A stretch of 64,000 nucleotides of DNA from Nitrososphaerota archaeon. Its GTDB lineage: Archaea; Thermoproteota; EX4484-205; JAAOZP01. The notes below the pieces were generated by a model. It ran no database searches, had not been told where the DNA came from, and saw only the letters and a list, made by a program, of their open reading frames with translations. Each line of letters starts with the position of its first letter. Within the stretch, counting starts at the first letter, position 1. The DNA lies in the NCBI GenBank assembly GCA_011605725.1, contig JAAOZP010000011.1, forward strand, positions 116,474 to 180,473. Direction: 5' to 3'. The position numbers and the translations under genes were made by a program. Below, one piece after another: positions 1-10,670 of this stretch.

Positions 1-3000
1 CATGTGAAACCTCCCGGGAACGATAATCAGGCAGATGCTTCTACGAAGATCATTTTCACAACTTTTATGGTGACCATTACCACTAAGCCGGAAGGATTAA
101 AAATAGCTGTGGACGGGGAAGTCTACACGTCTCCGCAAACCTTTGCTTGGCTAAACGGCTCTAAGCACACTATCGGCACCTTCTCCCCGCAGTCTGAAGG
201 AGACACGATTTACACGTGGGTTTCTTGGAGCGACGGCGGTGAAATAAGCCACATGGTGACAGCAGTAGGCGACGCCATCTACACAGCATTCTTCAAGAAG
301 CAGTATCTTGTGTGCTTCAACCAAACGGGTCTTGACAGTTCTGCAACCGGGGTTATTGTAACGGTTAATGGTTCATCTAAAAGCTATGACAAACTGCCTT
401 TCAGCAACTGGTATGATGAGAACGATTGGATCAGCTATAGTTATGCTGAAACAGTGAATAGCTCTCAAACAGGGAAAAGGTTCAAGCTTAACTATGTCAC
501 TGGACCAGCCTCGCCTTTCCAAGTCTCTTCATTCACGCTAGTGATTGGCAGCTACACGCCTCAATACCTTCTGACTGTTGAAACCGAGCCTGACGGCTTA
601 ACAATTATTCCTGGTGGCGGATGGTATGATGCAAACTCGTTAATCATTTTAACAGCGCCGGGAACAATACCGGTTTCACAAGGAATCCAATACAGGTTCA
701 GCCACTGGAGCATAGACGGGGTTTCTCAAGGCATGGGGGTCAACCCTATTACGGTGAGCATGAACACGACTCATACTGCAACAGCCCACTATGTTCTTCA
801 ATACTATCTGACGGTGGAATCTCCATACGGGGCACCAAGCCCGGGCAGCGGATGGTTTGACGCTGGAACAAGTATAACAGCATCAGTCACCTCACCCTGG
901 CCTCCTGACTCTGCAGACACCCGGAGTGTTTGCACAGGATGGGTAGGCACAGGAAGTGCCCCGTCCTCTGGAACCAATACTGAAGTGTCTTTCACTATTA
1001 ATGCGCCCTCAAGCATAACCTGGAGCTGGAAAACCCAGTACCGCGTCGCTTTCATCCAGACAGGTGTTGACGTCGACTTCACCGGGGTAGTGATGACTAT
1101 TGACGGTATCGGCCACGGTAGGGAGGGTCACGCCGCCTGGTATGATGTTGGAGCAAGCATCGACTTCAACTTCACGGGACTCCTGGTTGTTGCAGTCAAC
1201 CAGAAACGATACGTGTTGACTAGCGTCAACGCTTCCACACCCTTGATTGTTACAGGCCCGCTTACCGTCATGGGCAGCTATAGGACACAGTATTACTTGA
1301 CGATGATCACGAGCCACGGTACAGTAAGCCCCGGCGACGGGTGGTTTGACGCTGGTTCAACCGTGGAGATAACCGCTGCCCTGCCTCCGGTTGTCCAGGG
1401 TGAACGCTATGTTTGGATGGGATGGACAGGGACAGGAAGCGGGTCATACACCGGTATGCAGAACCCGGCTCAAATAACCGTTAACAGCCCGATTAAAGAG
1501 TCAGCCTCATGGAAGCATCAATACTATCTGGCTGTGAACACGCCATACGGCACTGCTGGCGGCGAAGACTGGTATGATGAGGGTTCAGCCGCTTACGCTA
1601 CAGTAGCCCCGCTAACGGTTGACGGGCCGGATGGCGTAAGGTATGTCTTTTCACACTGGAGTGGAGATGCTTCAGGGACTGCTTCAACTTCAGACCCGAT
1701 TACGATGAATGCGCCGAAGACGGCGATTGCCATCTGGAAGACTCAGTACCGAGTTGTGTTCAACCAGAACGGTTTAGATGAAACAGCTGTTGGAACCGTT
1801 GTCACTGTCAACGGCTCAGAACATATGCAGAGCAACCTGCCTTTCACAACATGGGTGGACAGCGGTGCTTCAATCAACTATGGCTTTGAAAGCATTGTTT
1901 TAACCAGCGACCCCGGTAAGAGGTTTAGGCTAAACAATGTGACTGGGCCTGAAACACCGTTTACTGTTACTGGTCCCGTAACGGTTGCTGGAAACTATGT
2001 CACTCAATGGCGGGTCGTGTTCACTGTAGATCCACCCGGTTCAGGAACAACCGTGCCCTCTGGAGCCGGCTGGTATGACGCAGGGATACGGTTCAGCATA
2101 TCTGCTGAGGCTAATCCTGGGTTCTCGTTTTCAGAGTGGACTGTGAACACCTCATCCATAAATATCGCCGACACTTCGTCGCAGCAGACCAGTGTGACAG
2201 TAAATGGTCAAGGAACCGTCACAGCATGCTTCACCATTTTCTACACCGTCTCTTTCACTCAAATAGGCTTGCCAACCGGGGTTGAGTGGAGCGTTACTTT
2301 CAACGGGGTGACGAAATCCTCTACGTCGAACACTATTGTTTTCAGCAATGTTCAAACCGGAGACTACGCTTGGAGCACGCTAACGCTTATTCAATTAGAT
2401 TCTGGAACAAGATACTTAGCGTCACCCTCATTCGGAACACTAAGCGTGCCGTCGCAGCTGACGCAAACGATAAGCTACACTGCCCAGTATAGGGTTGAAA
2501 TATCATGGTCTGGGCTTGATGCTGAAGCCAGCGGCGGGAAAGTGGTCATCATCACGGTAGGCGGCACGGTTTTCAGCAGGAATGTGGAAGACGCTTTCTA
2601 CGAGGAGTGGGTTAATGCTGGAGCAACAGTAAGCTATGCTTTCGAGGAAACCTTGTCTACAGCAATGTCGGGGAAAAGGTTTAGCCTCCACCATGTATCA
2701 GGCACTTCGGCAAGCTTCTCCAACGACTTCGGTCCCATTTCAGGACCAGTATATGAAACAGCATACTATAAAGCTCAATACTATATTACTGTAATCAGTG
2801 ACTACGGCAGCCCAACTTCCTCAACATGGGTTGACGAGGGGACCAGTTTCACCGCCTCGGTGACAAGCCCGGCTGAAACCATGGTCAACCAGCACCAATG
2901 GGTCTGCACAGGCTTCAAGGTAGATGAGAATCCTGTTCAAGAGGGTTCGAGCTACACGTTTGTAAACGTGCAGACGCCGCACACCATAGTGTTTTACTGG

Positions 3001-5604
3001 AAGAAACAGTTCTGGATCCAGGTTAACAGCAACCATGGTTCTCCAACACCCTCCCAATGGGTGGATCAGGGTGGAAGCCTTATGGTGAGCGTAACCTCTC
3101 CAACCGACGAGTCTGAAGGAGTAAGGTATAGGTGTAAAGGCTACACTATAGATAGCAACCCGCCTGTTGAAGACGGGAGCACAAGCCACTTTTTCAGTGA
3201 CGTTCAGAGTGCTCACACGATTACTTTCAACTGGATCGCCCAGTACAAGGTTACTTTCTACACTAATCCTGTTCAGGGGACTGTAACGGTTCGGGGAGTA
3301 GTTAAGAATAATGGTGAAAGCGAGTTTTACGATGATGGGGAATCAATCCCGATTACTGCGAACCCTCCCTCTGGCTACTGGTTCTCACGCTGGACAGTAA
3401 CCGGCGGAGTCGCTGTAGACAACTATGGGAGTCAAACGGCAATTATGATGGTGAGCAGACCAGGCAGTCTTTCAGCAATATTCGTCATAAACGCTGTCTC
3501 AATAACAATCACTTCCAGCCCTGTTACTGGAGTAGGCTTCATCAAGGTTGACGGCGTGCCCTACAATACTCCGGTAACTTTCACATGGGTAACTGGGACG
3601 ACCCACGTGCTGGAGGCGGTTTCAATCGTGCCTGGGGCAACAGGCATTAGGTATGTATGGAAAAGCTGGAGTGACAGCGGGGCTCAGATGCATGTCTACA
3701 CTGTCCCCAGCATGTCTGAGACAGTGACAGCATGCTTCTCAACCCAGTATTATCTGACGGTGATTTCACCGCACGATACTCCAGGAGGCTCAGGATGGTA
3801 TGAGGAGGGCTCAATCGCGTATGCAACGCTTGAGACCAGAATTGTTGTCGAGAACGGTGTGCAATACGTGTTTACAGGCTGGAGTGGAGACGCTTCCGGA
3901 ACAAGCCTTACGAGTAACCCGATAATGATGAACGGTCCGAAAACCGCTGTGGCGAACTGGGCAACTTCAGCATACACGGTGACTCTCGACAAGAGCCCGA
4001 GGCAAGGAGTGATCACAGTTGACGGTGTTGTTTACACGAGTCTTCCGGTAGTGCTCAACTGGGTTCCAGGATCTTCTCACACGGTTATGGTTCCCAGTAT
4101 TGAAGAGGCGGGAGGCACAAGGTATGTTTTCAGAGAATGGTCAGACGGCTCGACACAGGCTAGTAGAATAATCGTCGCTGAGAAAACTGGAGCAGTCTAT
4201 GTCGCCTACTACAACGTGCAGCATAGGCTAACGGTCTACTCTGACCACGGGCTGACCACGGGCTCAGGATGGTATGACGAGGGTGTTGAAGCAGTTTTCT
4301 CCGTAACACCAACCATAGTGAGAGACGAGACAGAGGGAGTGGAGTACACGTTTAAAGGCTGGGTTGGAAGCGGGGCTGGAAAACACTACACCGGGCCGGA
4401 TAATCCTGCGCGAGTCATAATGACTGGGCCTGTTGAGGAGAAAGCAGAATGGGAGCCTTCAATGTACTGTTTAAAAGTTGTCAGCGAGTATGGAGACCCG
4501 TATGGAAGCGGCTGGTATCCTGTAAACTCTGAAGCACGGTTCGGAGTAAACACGCCTGTTAACCATGGTAACGGCACGATGAGAGTCTTCTTAAACTGGT
4601 TTGGAGACATAAGTCTCAGGGAGCCTGTTGGAACCCTGATTATGGTTAGGCCGTATACTGTAATAGCCAACTGGGACACTCAATACTTAGTGGTTTACAA
4701 TACGACTGCTCCAAACGGTGTTTTACTATCTGTGCCAGGAGTGCCTCAAACATTGGCACCGGGCTTCAACGTTTACGCGCAGTATTACTCAGCAGGAAGC
4801 AGGGTTAAAATCGGGCCGGCGCCCGGAACCGTGTACGCGACTGAGGATACAAGGTATTGTTTCGAAGGCTGGATGATAAATGGGGAACCGGTCTCTTCCG
4901 ATTCGAACCTAGACTTTACTGTGAATAAGCCTCTGCACATATCCATGACATATGGAACCGAGATACTCTTGACTGTAAACGTGGTAGGGGCGAATCGCAA
5001 CTTCACTGTGAAACTTACGGTGGAGAAGAGCCCAGCCTACGTGCTTGACATCACGCCCTTATCTCCCTTTAAAGAATGGGTGAAGAAAGACACTGGCTTA
5101 ACCCTCACCGTTTCCAGCCCGAACAAGATAGGCCGTGGAGAGTGGGCTGTTTTCAGAGAATGGTCTGGAGACGCTCAGGGAAGTCAGAGAATAATCTCGT
5201 TGAAAGCTTCGAGACCAATAACGGTGAACGCAGTGTTCTTCGCGGTCAACCCGGTTGCAGAATCAATACCCTACTCGCTGTTAACGGGCATAGTGTCGAT
5301 AGTTCTTTCACGTTTAATACGGAGAAAACGTGCAGAAGAACCCTTGGAACACCGGAGCTATTCGCCAACCCTGGGAATAGTGTCGCTGACTGCTGTGTTA
5401 ACCGTATCAATAATAGTGAGCATCAGCGTAGCCATGGGCTACGGGATAAACGTTGCTGAGCTTCCAGACTTAGAAAACTGGGCCGTATTGTTCACCGGGG
5501 TTGAGGCAATCTTCTTCCTGGTCGCGACACTGCTTGTTACAAGGCGTTCTTACCCGAGGAAGATGGAGATCCCAGTCATCTATCCGAACCCCTACGGGAT
5601 TTAA
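1..5604 (+). CDS. Giant repetitive membrane-anchored cell-surface protein (InlB B-repeat/Flg_new-like and thermopsin-tail-like beta repeats), 5'-truncated by the window edge
   Basis: The frame is open from base 1 (CAT GTG AAA...). It carries many repeats of QYYLTVxSxYGxPxGxGW(Y/F)DxG, repeats of QYxVxFxQTGLDxxAxGxVVTVNG, and one YTVSFTQIGLPTGVEWSVTFNG unit. It is Thr/Ser/Val-rich with about 3 hydrophobic helices at the C-terminus. Confidence 0.85.
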   Translation, partial: HVKPPGNDNQADASTKIIFTTFMVTITTKPEGLKIAVDGEVYTSPQTFAWLNGSKHTIGTFSPQSEGDTIYTWVSWSDGGEISHMVTAVGDAIYTAFFKKQYLVCFNQTGLDSSATGVIVTVNGSSKSYDKLPFSNWYDENDWISYSYAETVNSSQTGKRFKLNYVTGPASPFQVSSFTLVIGSYTPQYLLTVETEPDGLTIIPGGGWYDANSLIILTAPGTIPVSQGIQYRFSHWSIDGVSQGMGVNPITVSMNTTHTATAHYVLQYYLTVESPYGAPSPGSGWFDAGTSITASVTSPWPPDSADTRSVCTGWVGTGSAPSSGTNTEVSFTINAPSSITWSWKTQYRVAFIQTGVDVDFTGVVMTIDGIGHGREGHAAWYDVGASIDFNFTGLLVVAVNQKRYVLTSVNASTPLIVTGPLTVMGSYRTQYYLTMITSHGTVSPGDGWFDAGSTVEITAALPPVVQGERYVWMGWTGTGSGSYTGMQNPAQITVNSPIKESASWKHQYYLAVNTPYGTAGGEDWYDEGSAAYATVAPLTVDGPDGVRYVFSHWSGDASGTASTSDPITMNAPKTAIAIWKTQYRVVFNQNGLDETAVGTVVTVNGSEHMQSNLPFTTWVDSGASINYGFESIVLTSDPGKRFRLNNVTGPETPFTVTGPVTVAGNYVTQWRVVFTVDPPGSGTTVPSGAGWYDAGIRFSISAEANPGFSFSEWTVNTSSINIADTSSQQTSVTVNGQGTVTACFTIFYTVSFTQIGLPTGVEWSVTFNGVTKSSTSNTIVFSNVQTGDYAWSTLTLIQLDSGTRYLASPSFGTLSVPSQLTQTISYTAQYRVEISWSGLDAEASGGKVVIITVGGTVFSRNVEDAFYEEWVNAGATVSYAFEETLSTAMSGKRFSLHHVSGTSASFSNDFGPISGPVYETAYYKAQYYITVISDYGSPTSSTWVDEGTSFTASVTSPAETMVNQHQWVCTGFKVDENPVQEGSSYTFVNVQTPHTIVFYWKKQFWIQVNSNHGSPTPSQWVDQGGSLMVSVTSPTDESEGVRYRCKGYTIDSNPPVEDGSTSHFFSDVQSAHTITFNWIAQYKVTFYTNPVQGTVTVRGVVKNNGESEFYDDGESIPITANPPSGYWFSRWTVTGGVAVDNYGSQTAIMMVSRPGSLSAIFVINAVSITITSSPVTGVGFIKVDGVPYNTPVTFTWVTGTTHVLEAVSIVPGATGIRYVWKSWSDSGAQMHVYTVPSMSETVTACFSTQYYLTVISPHDTPGGSGWYEEGSIAYATLETRIVVENGVQYVFTGWSGDASGTSLTSNPIMMNGPKTAVANWATSAYTVTLDKSPRQGVITVDGVVYTSLPVVLNWVPGSSHTVMVPSIEEAGGTRYVFREWSDGSTQASRIIVAEKTGAVYVAYYNVQHRLTVYSDHGLTTGSGWYDEGVEAVFSVTPTIVRDETEGVEYTFKGWVGSGAGKHYTGPDNPARVIMTGPVEEKAEWEPSMYCLKVVSEYGDPYGSGWYPVNSEARFGVNTPVNHGNGTMRVFLNWFGDISLREPVGTLIMVRPYTVIANWDTQYLVVYNTTAPNGVLLSVPGVPQTLAPGFNVYAQYYSAGSRVKIGPAPGTVYATEDTRYCFEGWMINGEPVSSDSNLDFTVNKPLHISMTYGTEILLTVNVVGANRNFTVKLTVEKSPAYVLDITPLSPFKEWVKKDTGLTLTVSSPNKIGRGEWAVFREWSGDAQGSQRIISLKASRPITVNAVFFAVNPVAESIPYSLLTGIVSIVLSRLIRRKRAEEPLEHRSYSPTLGIVSLTAVLTVSIIVSISVAMGYGINVAELPDLENWAVLFTGVEAIFFLVATLLVTRRSYPRKMEIPVIYPNPYGI

Positions 5605-5681
5605 GATGGGAGTTAGACAACTTATGAACAAACAATGTCTTTATAGCTTCGTTGAAAATATTTTAAAGGAATGATGGTAAA

Positions 5682-6785
5682 ATGAAAGAGTTGAAAGAAT
5701 TGAGGGAGGAGCATGTTCATCTTCTAAGACAACCTTACGGCTCGTTCTACTCGATGGACAGCCTCGACTTGAAAATCATCGAGGAAGTCCGCAAGCGTGG
5801 TCCAAGTAACATTTCTGAAATATCAAGAGTTTTAAACGTTGCTCCATCAACAGTATCCAGAAGGCTGGAGAAAATGGCTGCGACTCTTAAGCTTAGAATA
5901 TTGACGAACCTGGCTTACCATAAGATTGGCATTAGAAGAGCAATTGTTGAAATAGAGCCTGAAGCCGGGGCTGAGGCAGAGCTGATGGAGAAAATCCTAT
6001 CCTTAAGCTACTGGTTTCAATCCTACAGGATTCTTGGGAGCTTCGGCTACCTTGTTGGCTTTAAAATACCTTATGCCTTCTACAATGCTTACGAGTCAAT
6101 GCTCAACAGTCTTAAGGAAGAATATAGGGTGAAGCATCTCGCTATCCACCCTCTTGGCGAAATAGTTGGCGTCGGACCCTGTTTCCGAAACTATGACGCA
6201 GAGGTTAAAAGATGGAGGATTGACTGGAGCGATATAAGAAGAAGCTTGACGGAGTCTAGCCCAATAATTCTTGAAGACCCTCCCGGATACAGCATGGAGG
6301 CAGATCCTCTGGATGTTCGAATAATGCTTATTCTTGAGAGTGATGCGCAGACCTCAATGTCTGATATAGCAAAGATTACAGGTGTCTCGGTTCCAACAGT
6401 GTCGAACAGGATTAAGAAGCTGACGGCGAACGGATTAATCCTCGGCTACGTTGCAAACATTCTTCCATTTCCATTGGAGGATTCTCGGCTCCTCCAGCTG
6501 ATGGTGGAGTTTCCAGGGAAAACAGAGATGCAGACATTCGCCTCAGGCCTATTGCAAACACCTTTTCTCCTGAGTTTTCAGAAAGAAATTGTGAAGCCGA
6601 CGCTCTTCGCAAGGCTGTACCTGCCAAACCGGGAGTATCCCTCGCTATCTGATCTTCTGAGAAGCCTGGTGAGAGAGGGGTTCGTGAAAGGATTCTCCGT
6701 GGTTGAACTAGACATTACTAGTGAACAGTCTAGAAAAATATCCGTTGGATTACTGGATTCGAAGGGCCAGTGGCAATTCGGATGA
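5682..6785 (+). CDS. Lrp/AsnC-like transcriptional regulator with duplicated wHTH + ligand-binding modules
   Basis: Two AsnC-type HTHs: LDLKIIEEVRKRGPSNISEISRVLNVAPSTVSRRL and LDVRIMLILESDAQTSMSDIAKITGVSVPTVSNRIKKL. Confidence 0.8.
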   Translation: MKELKELREEHVHLLRQPYGSFYSMDSLDLKIIEEVRKRGPSNISEISRVLNVAPSTVSRRLEKMAATLKLRILTNLAYHKIGIRRAIVEIEPEAGAEAELMEKILSLSYWFQSYRILGSFGYLVGFKIPYAFYNAYESMLNSLKEEYRVKHLAIHPLGEIVGVGPCFRNYDAEVKRWRIDWSDIRRSLTESSPIILEDPPGYSMEADPLDVRIMLILESDAQTSMSDIAKITGVSVPTVSNRIKKLTANGLILGYVANILPFPLEDSRLLQLMVEFPGKTEMQTFASGLLQTPFLLSFQKEIVKPTLFARLYLPNREYPSLSDLLRSLVREGFVKGFSVVELDITSEQSRKISVGLLDSKGQWQFG

Positions 6786-6970
6786 TCCGAGAATAACCGT
6801 TTAAACCACAGCCTTGATTCGCTTACTCTCACCAACATAGGCGCCTTCTTCAGATAAAAGCAGGGCCTCGATTTTTCGAGGCTTGTCTGTATTTTTCAGT
6901 GCAGACAATAAATGTTTGTATTTTTTGAATCAAACTGAGCCATAAGTATAGACAGTTCTTCATTTTCCTT

Positions 6971-8299
6971 GTGGCGAATTCCAGCAGAGCGGGTAAAAAC
7001 CTTGTGCTTATCCTATTGATGGTTATGATCCTTTTCACAGGATGCTCGCATTTTAATCAAGCTATAGGAGAGGCATCTGGGGAGTATGATCTGCTCGTCA
7101 TCGGGCCAGAATCCTATCGGAGAATCCTGCAATGTTTTCTAGACTTTAAGGCAACACAGGGTATTAAGGCCAAGTTTCACCCGATCGAGCTGATCAGCAT
7201 GAACATAACAGAGCCAAGTATTATTGCTGAAAAACTCCACGAGTTCATTGCTGGAGAATACTTTAAGTCAAGCATTAAATATCTGATTCTAGTAGGAACA
7301 TATGAGCATGTGCCCACGAAATACGTTTACTCGCCGGGCGACGAGCTTGGGATGGCTGACTTCAACTATAAACCGTCTGACTGGTATTACGGTGTTCCAG
7401 ACTGGAATGACTCTGAAATCGGCCTCTTGGGCGGAAACATTCCGAGGATTGCTGTCGGAAGACTGCCTGTGAAGAATGAAGAGGAGCTGGACCGTTTGAT
7501 CAAGAAGATTATCCGTGTGGAAGCAGGTTTTCAACCAGGCCTGTTTCTCATACTGAGGGATCAATCTGTTAACGTTGATCAGCTGCTTAACGTGCTGCAC
7601 TTCTCCAGTCCAATACGTGTAAACACGACTCCCAGCACCCTGGATTCCTCCTTCTTTAAAAACGTAACCTTCTTGGTGACGATAACTCACGGCAGTTGGA
7701 ATACGCTTTTCACGAGAACGCCGGAGGGAGAGTTAAAACCGCTAGTAACCTCTAATGAGGTTAGCAGGATAACGGAGAACTATGCTCTTCACTACATGGC
7801 TGCCTGCTTCGCGGGGGCACTTGACTCGGAGGGTGAATGCCTAGCACGTGTCCTTATTACTTCAGCCGGAGGGCCAGCTCTAGTGATCGCAAGTTCTAGA
7901 ACAGAATGGTCTGAAAACCCTATTCTGCCAGTGTTCTGGAAGCGTTTTCTCGCCACGGGGGACGTGGGCGGATCATTCATAGAGGCTGTTGAAACATACC
8001 TTCTGGACGCAAATGTTTTCTCAGCGTCTAAGCCATCGTTCAGCCAGTATAATTTCTACCTTACCAAAGTAATATATGGAGACGTGTCTTGGAGAGTTGA
8101 AAACCCTGTGGGCAGCATGATGAATAGAGACGCATCGCCTAATTCAAGCAGCCGTATGGAAAACAGTTTAAAAGGTCTTTTAAACACGAATATTGTCGAG
8201 AAGGAGGCTAAACCCGCCTGGATCATCATCCTGCTGCTTGCAACAGTTTTTCCAAGCTGTATTCTCGTTTTTCAAAAACAGTGGAAGAGTTTTCGCTGA
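6971..8299 (+). CDS. Peptidase C25 (gingipain-like) cysteine protease, secreted and membrane-anchored
   Basis: Motifs KYLILVG, SDWYY, IAVGRLPV, catalytic His-Gly (ITHGS), Cys (MAACFAG) and YGD. N-terminal signal peptide ends FTGC; C-terminal TM helix. Confidence 0.8.
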   Translation: MANSSRAGKNLVLILLMVMILFTGCSHFNQAIGEASGEYDLLVIGPESYRRILQCFLDFKATQGIKAKFHPIELISMNITEPSIIAEKLHEFIAGEYFKSSIKYLILVGTYEHVPTKYVYSPGDELGMADFNYKPSDWYYGVPDWNDSEIGLLGGNIPRIAVGRLPVKNEEELDRLIKKIIRVEAGFQPGLFLILRDQSVNVDQLLNVLHFSSPIRVNTTPSTLDSSFFKNVTFLVTITHGSWNTLFTRTPEGELKPLVTSNEVSRITENYALHYMAACFAGALDSEGECLARVLITSAGGPALVIASSRTEWSENPILPVFWKRFLATGDVGGSFIEAVETYLLDANVFSASKPSFSQYNFYLTKVIYGDVSWRVENPVGSMMNRDASPNSSSRMENSLKGLLNTNIVEKEAKPAWIIILLLATVFPSCILVFQKQWKSFR

Positions 8300-8334
8300 A
8301 AGTTTAAAAACGACGATTATCCTTTTGAATCGGC

Positions 8335-9369
8335 TTGCCTGATGCTAAGCTTATCGTAGGAATGGTTTTAACCCTGATCGGAGCCAGCCTAGTATTGGGC
8401 TTCCTGCCTGTTAAAACAGAGTATTCCCAGGAAGACCATGGCGGTGCTTCGAGAGAGGTTCGGGTGGAGTATGTGGAGAAACACAACTACACCTATTTTC
8501 TGAGCCAATGCTTTCTACTTAGAAACCCTTCCAACAATACTGTAGTGGATCTGGTTTACATGTGGCTTCCAGTTAACGCGAGCAACCAGTTAGTGAGGCT
8601 CTTGGAGACAAACCGTGAACCATTATACAGGAAAAACAGTGAAGACGGTGCTGTAATACTTGTCTACAACTTGAGCCTAATGGGTGGAGAAACCACGTGG
8701 ATCAACGCCACGCTTCAAGTGACTGTTGAAAAATACAGGCTCATCATGGAGAACCTTCCCTGGATGAATTATTCTCAGGTTGAGAAGAACACGGGTGGTA
8801 AAAGATACTGGGCGGTTGAAAACCAGACGTACGTTTCAATAGCTCAGAGCATAGGTCTAGATGCTAGGGATCCTGTTGAAGCCTGCAGCAGGATCGGGAA
8901 ATGGATACTTGCCAGGCTCAACTACCAGCCAACTTGGAGAAGAGGTGCGGAACACGCGTTGATTCTGAAAGACGGTAAGCTGGCTGTCTCAGGGGACTGC
9001 GAAGAGGTTGCCGACGTTTTCGTAACGCTTGCAAGAATACTTGGAATACGTTCAAGAGTAGCGCACGGCATCTACCTGCTTGAGGATAAGGATGTCGTAA
9101 CAATGTGGATGAGGAGGACTGAAACTGGCTACGATCTTTCAGACAACTGGGGTGGGCACGCTTGGCCGCAGATATATGTCCCGCAAGCAGGATGGGTTGA
9201 TGTTGAGCTGCTTGAAGGAGGAACTGTTAAAATAGGCGACTTCTCCCAGTACCATATTAAATACGGCTTTGAAGAAAAAAGCTTCATGGGTTCGACAATG
9301 CTCTACTGTCAGGCGATGTATTTGGAGACAGATTTTTTCCACTTCACTTTCAGGAGGGTTCAGCCATGA
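8335..9369 (+). CDS. Secreted transglutaminase-like domain protein
   Basis: GDCEEVADVFVTLARILGIRSRV (catalytic Cys), HAWPQIYVPQAGWVDVE (His and acidic residue), N-terminal hydrophobic signal. Confidence 0.85.
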   Translation: MPDAKLIVGMVLTLIGASLVLGFLPVKTEYSQEDHGGASREVRVEYVEKHNYTYFLSQCFLLRNPSNNTVVDLVYMWLPVNASNQLVRLLETNREPLYRKNSEDGAVILVYNLSLMGGETTWINATLQVTVEKYRLIMENLPWMNYSQVEKNTGGKRYWAVENQTYVSIAQSIGLDARDPVEACSRIGKWILARLNYQPTWRRGAEHALILKDGKLAVSGDCEEVADVFVTLARILGIRSRVAHGIYLLEDKDVVTMWMRRTETGYDLSDNWGGHAWPQIYVPQAGWVDVELLEGGTVKIGDFSQYHIKYGFEEKSFMGSTMLYCQAMYLETDFFHFTFRRVQP

Positions 9370-10460
9370 GGCTTTCAAGGATAGCATTAACAATCCTGGT
9401 TGTTATCGTTTTAACGAAACTCGTAGCAATTCCTGCTAAACCTCAGCTAAACTATCTGATTGGTCTCAACATGGAGGTGGAGATCATGGATAACGGGGTT
9501 GCAAGAGTAACTTTAAAACAGCACCCGTTCGACGCAGCCGGTAGAAGCCTGATCTCGAATAAAGAGGTTGTGGAAAGAATTATCAGCGATCAGGATTCGA
9601 CTTTAAGCCTAATCCTGCTCTTTTTCACGACAAACCCTTCTAAAACACTCTATCTGATTCACTCGCCGTCAAAGCTGGATCTTGATGAACAAGTTTTTTG
9701 CAACACAGGCATACCGGGAGTTATGGAAACACTTAATGGTGCAGTGACACTTGTCGTCGACATATTCTTGAACACTACGAGCAGTCTCATACCGCTCGGC
9801 GGGGACATTTACCAAGTTGTCGTCACAGACTACTTCACGTTAACGGATCCACGCAGCTGGATAGACGTTATGGACTTCAGGTTTAAAGGTGGGGTTAAGC
9901 TGCTTAATTTCACAGTAGACCCTACTTGGGCTAAGCCACCTTCAATTGCAAACACCACCAGGTTGCAATGGTTGAACATGAATGAGGCGGATGCTCCGGA
10001 CAACTATGTTTTCACACTCAAGATACCGGGAGTCGTATTCTCCAGCACACCGATCCGACTTAAGGCGGAAGTTTCTGCAGCAAGGTTTTCCAGCGCAACC
10101 TCGTCTCTCCAAGTAAGCGTTAGAAACATTGGAGATAGGGAGGGAGTTTTCACTGTCGTTTTGACGGAGAAGGTGTTTGAACAAGCCAGGAAGGTAAGCG
10201 TTAAACCTGGTGAAGAAGCATCAGTATTGTTTCCGGTGCATGCTGGAAACGGGGAGGACCTGGTGGTGAAGATTTTTGGAGGAGGAGAGCAGCTTGATGA
10301 GCATAGGCTAACCGTTAGTGTCGACGAGACTGTGAACAACCGGCTGTTAATGCTTAGCGCAGTAGGGCTGATCCTAATGGTTATTGGGAGCTTACTGATA
10401 CTTTTTTACATCGACGAGAAGCTTATGAAGCACCATCCGCCTTCTGAAGAGAAGGCTTGA
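9366..10460 (+). CDS. Membrane-anchored extracellular protein with a C-terminal CARDB/Ig-like domain
   Basis: Signal peptide, VSVRNIGDREG...VSVKPGEEASV Ig-like motif, C-terminal TM helix. ATGA overlap with the upstream gene. Confidence 0.6.
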   Translation: MRLSRIALTILVVIVLTKLVAIPAKPQLNYLIGLNMEVEIMDNGVARVTLKQHPFDAAGRSLISNKEVVERIISDQDSTLSLILLFFTTNPSKTLYLIHSPSKLDLDEQVFCNTGIPGVMETLNGAVTLVVDIFLNTTSSLIPLGGDIYQVVVTDYFTLTDPRSWIDVMDFRFKGGVKLLNFTVDPTWAKPPSIANTTRLQWLNMNEADAPDNYVFTLKIPGVVFSSTPIRLKAEVSAARFSSATSSLQVSVRNIGDREGVFTVVLTEKVFEQARKVSVKPGEEASVLFPVHAGNGEDLVVKIFGGGEQLDEHRLTVSVDETVNNRLLMLSAVGLILMVIGSLLILFYIDEKLMKHHPPSEEKA

Positions 10461-10670
10461 CAGTAAGCCTGTTACAACGTGCTCGCAGCACTATTCAAAC
10501 AAGGGTTAGCCCGAATTCCTCATGCAGGCACAATCCATATGTAAACGTGAAGCTGAAGCATTCCGCTTCAACCATTAGAAGCTTTTGCTGAAACCCGGAT
10601 ATGAACGGCAGAATAATCGCACGTTTGGAGTAAAAAATATAACTTTGCGAATGGTTAAAGCAGTTGAGAA

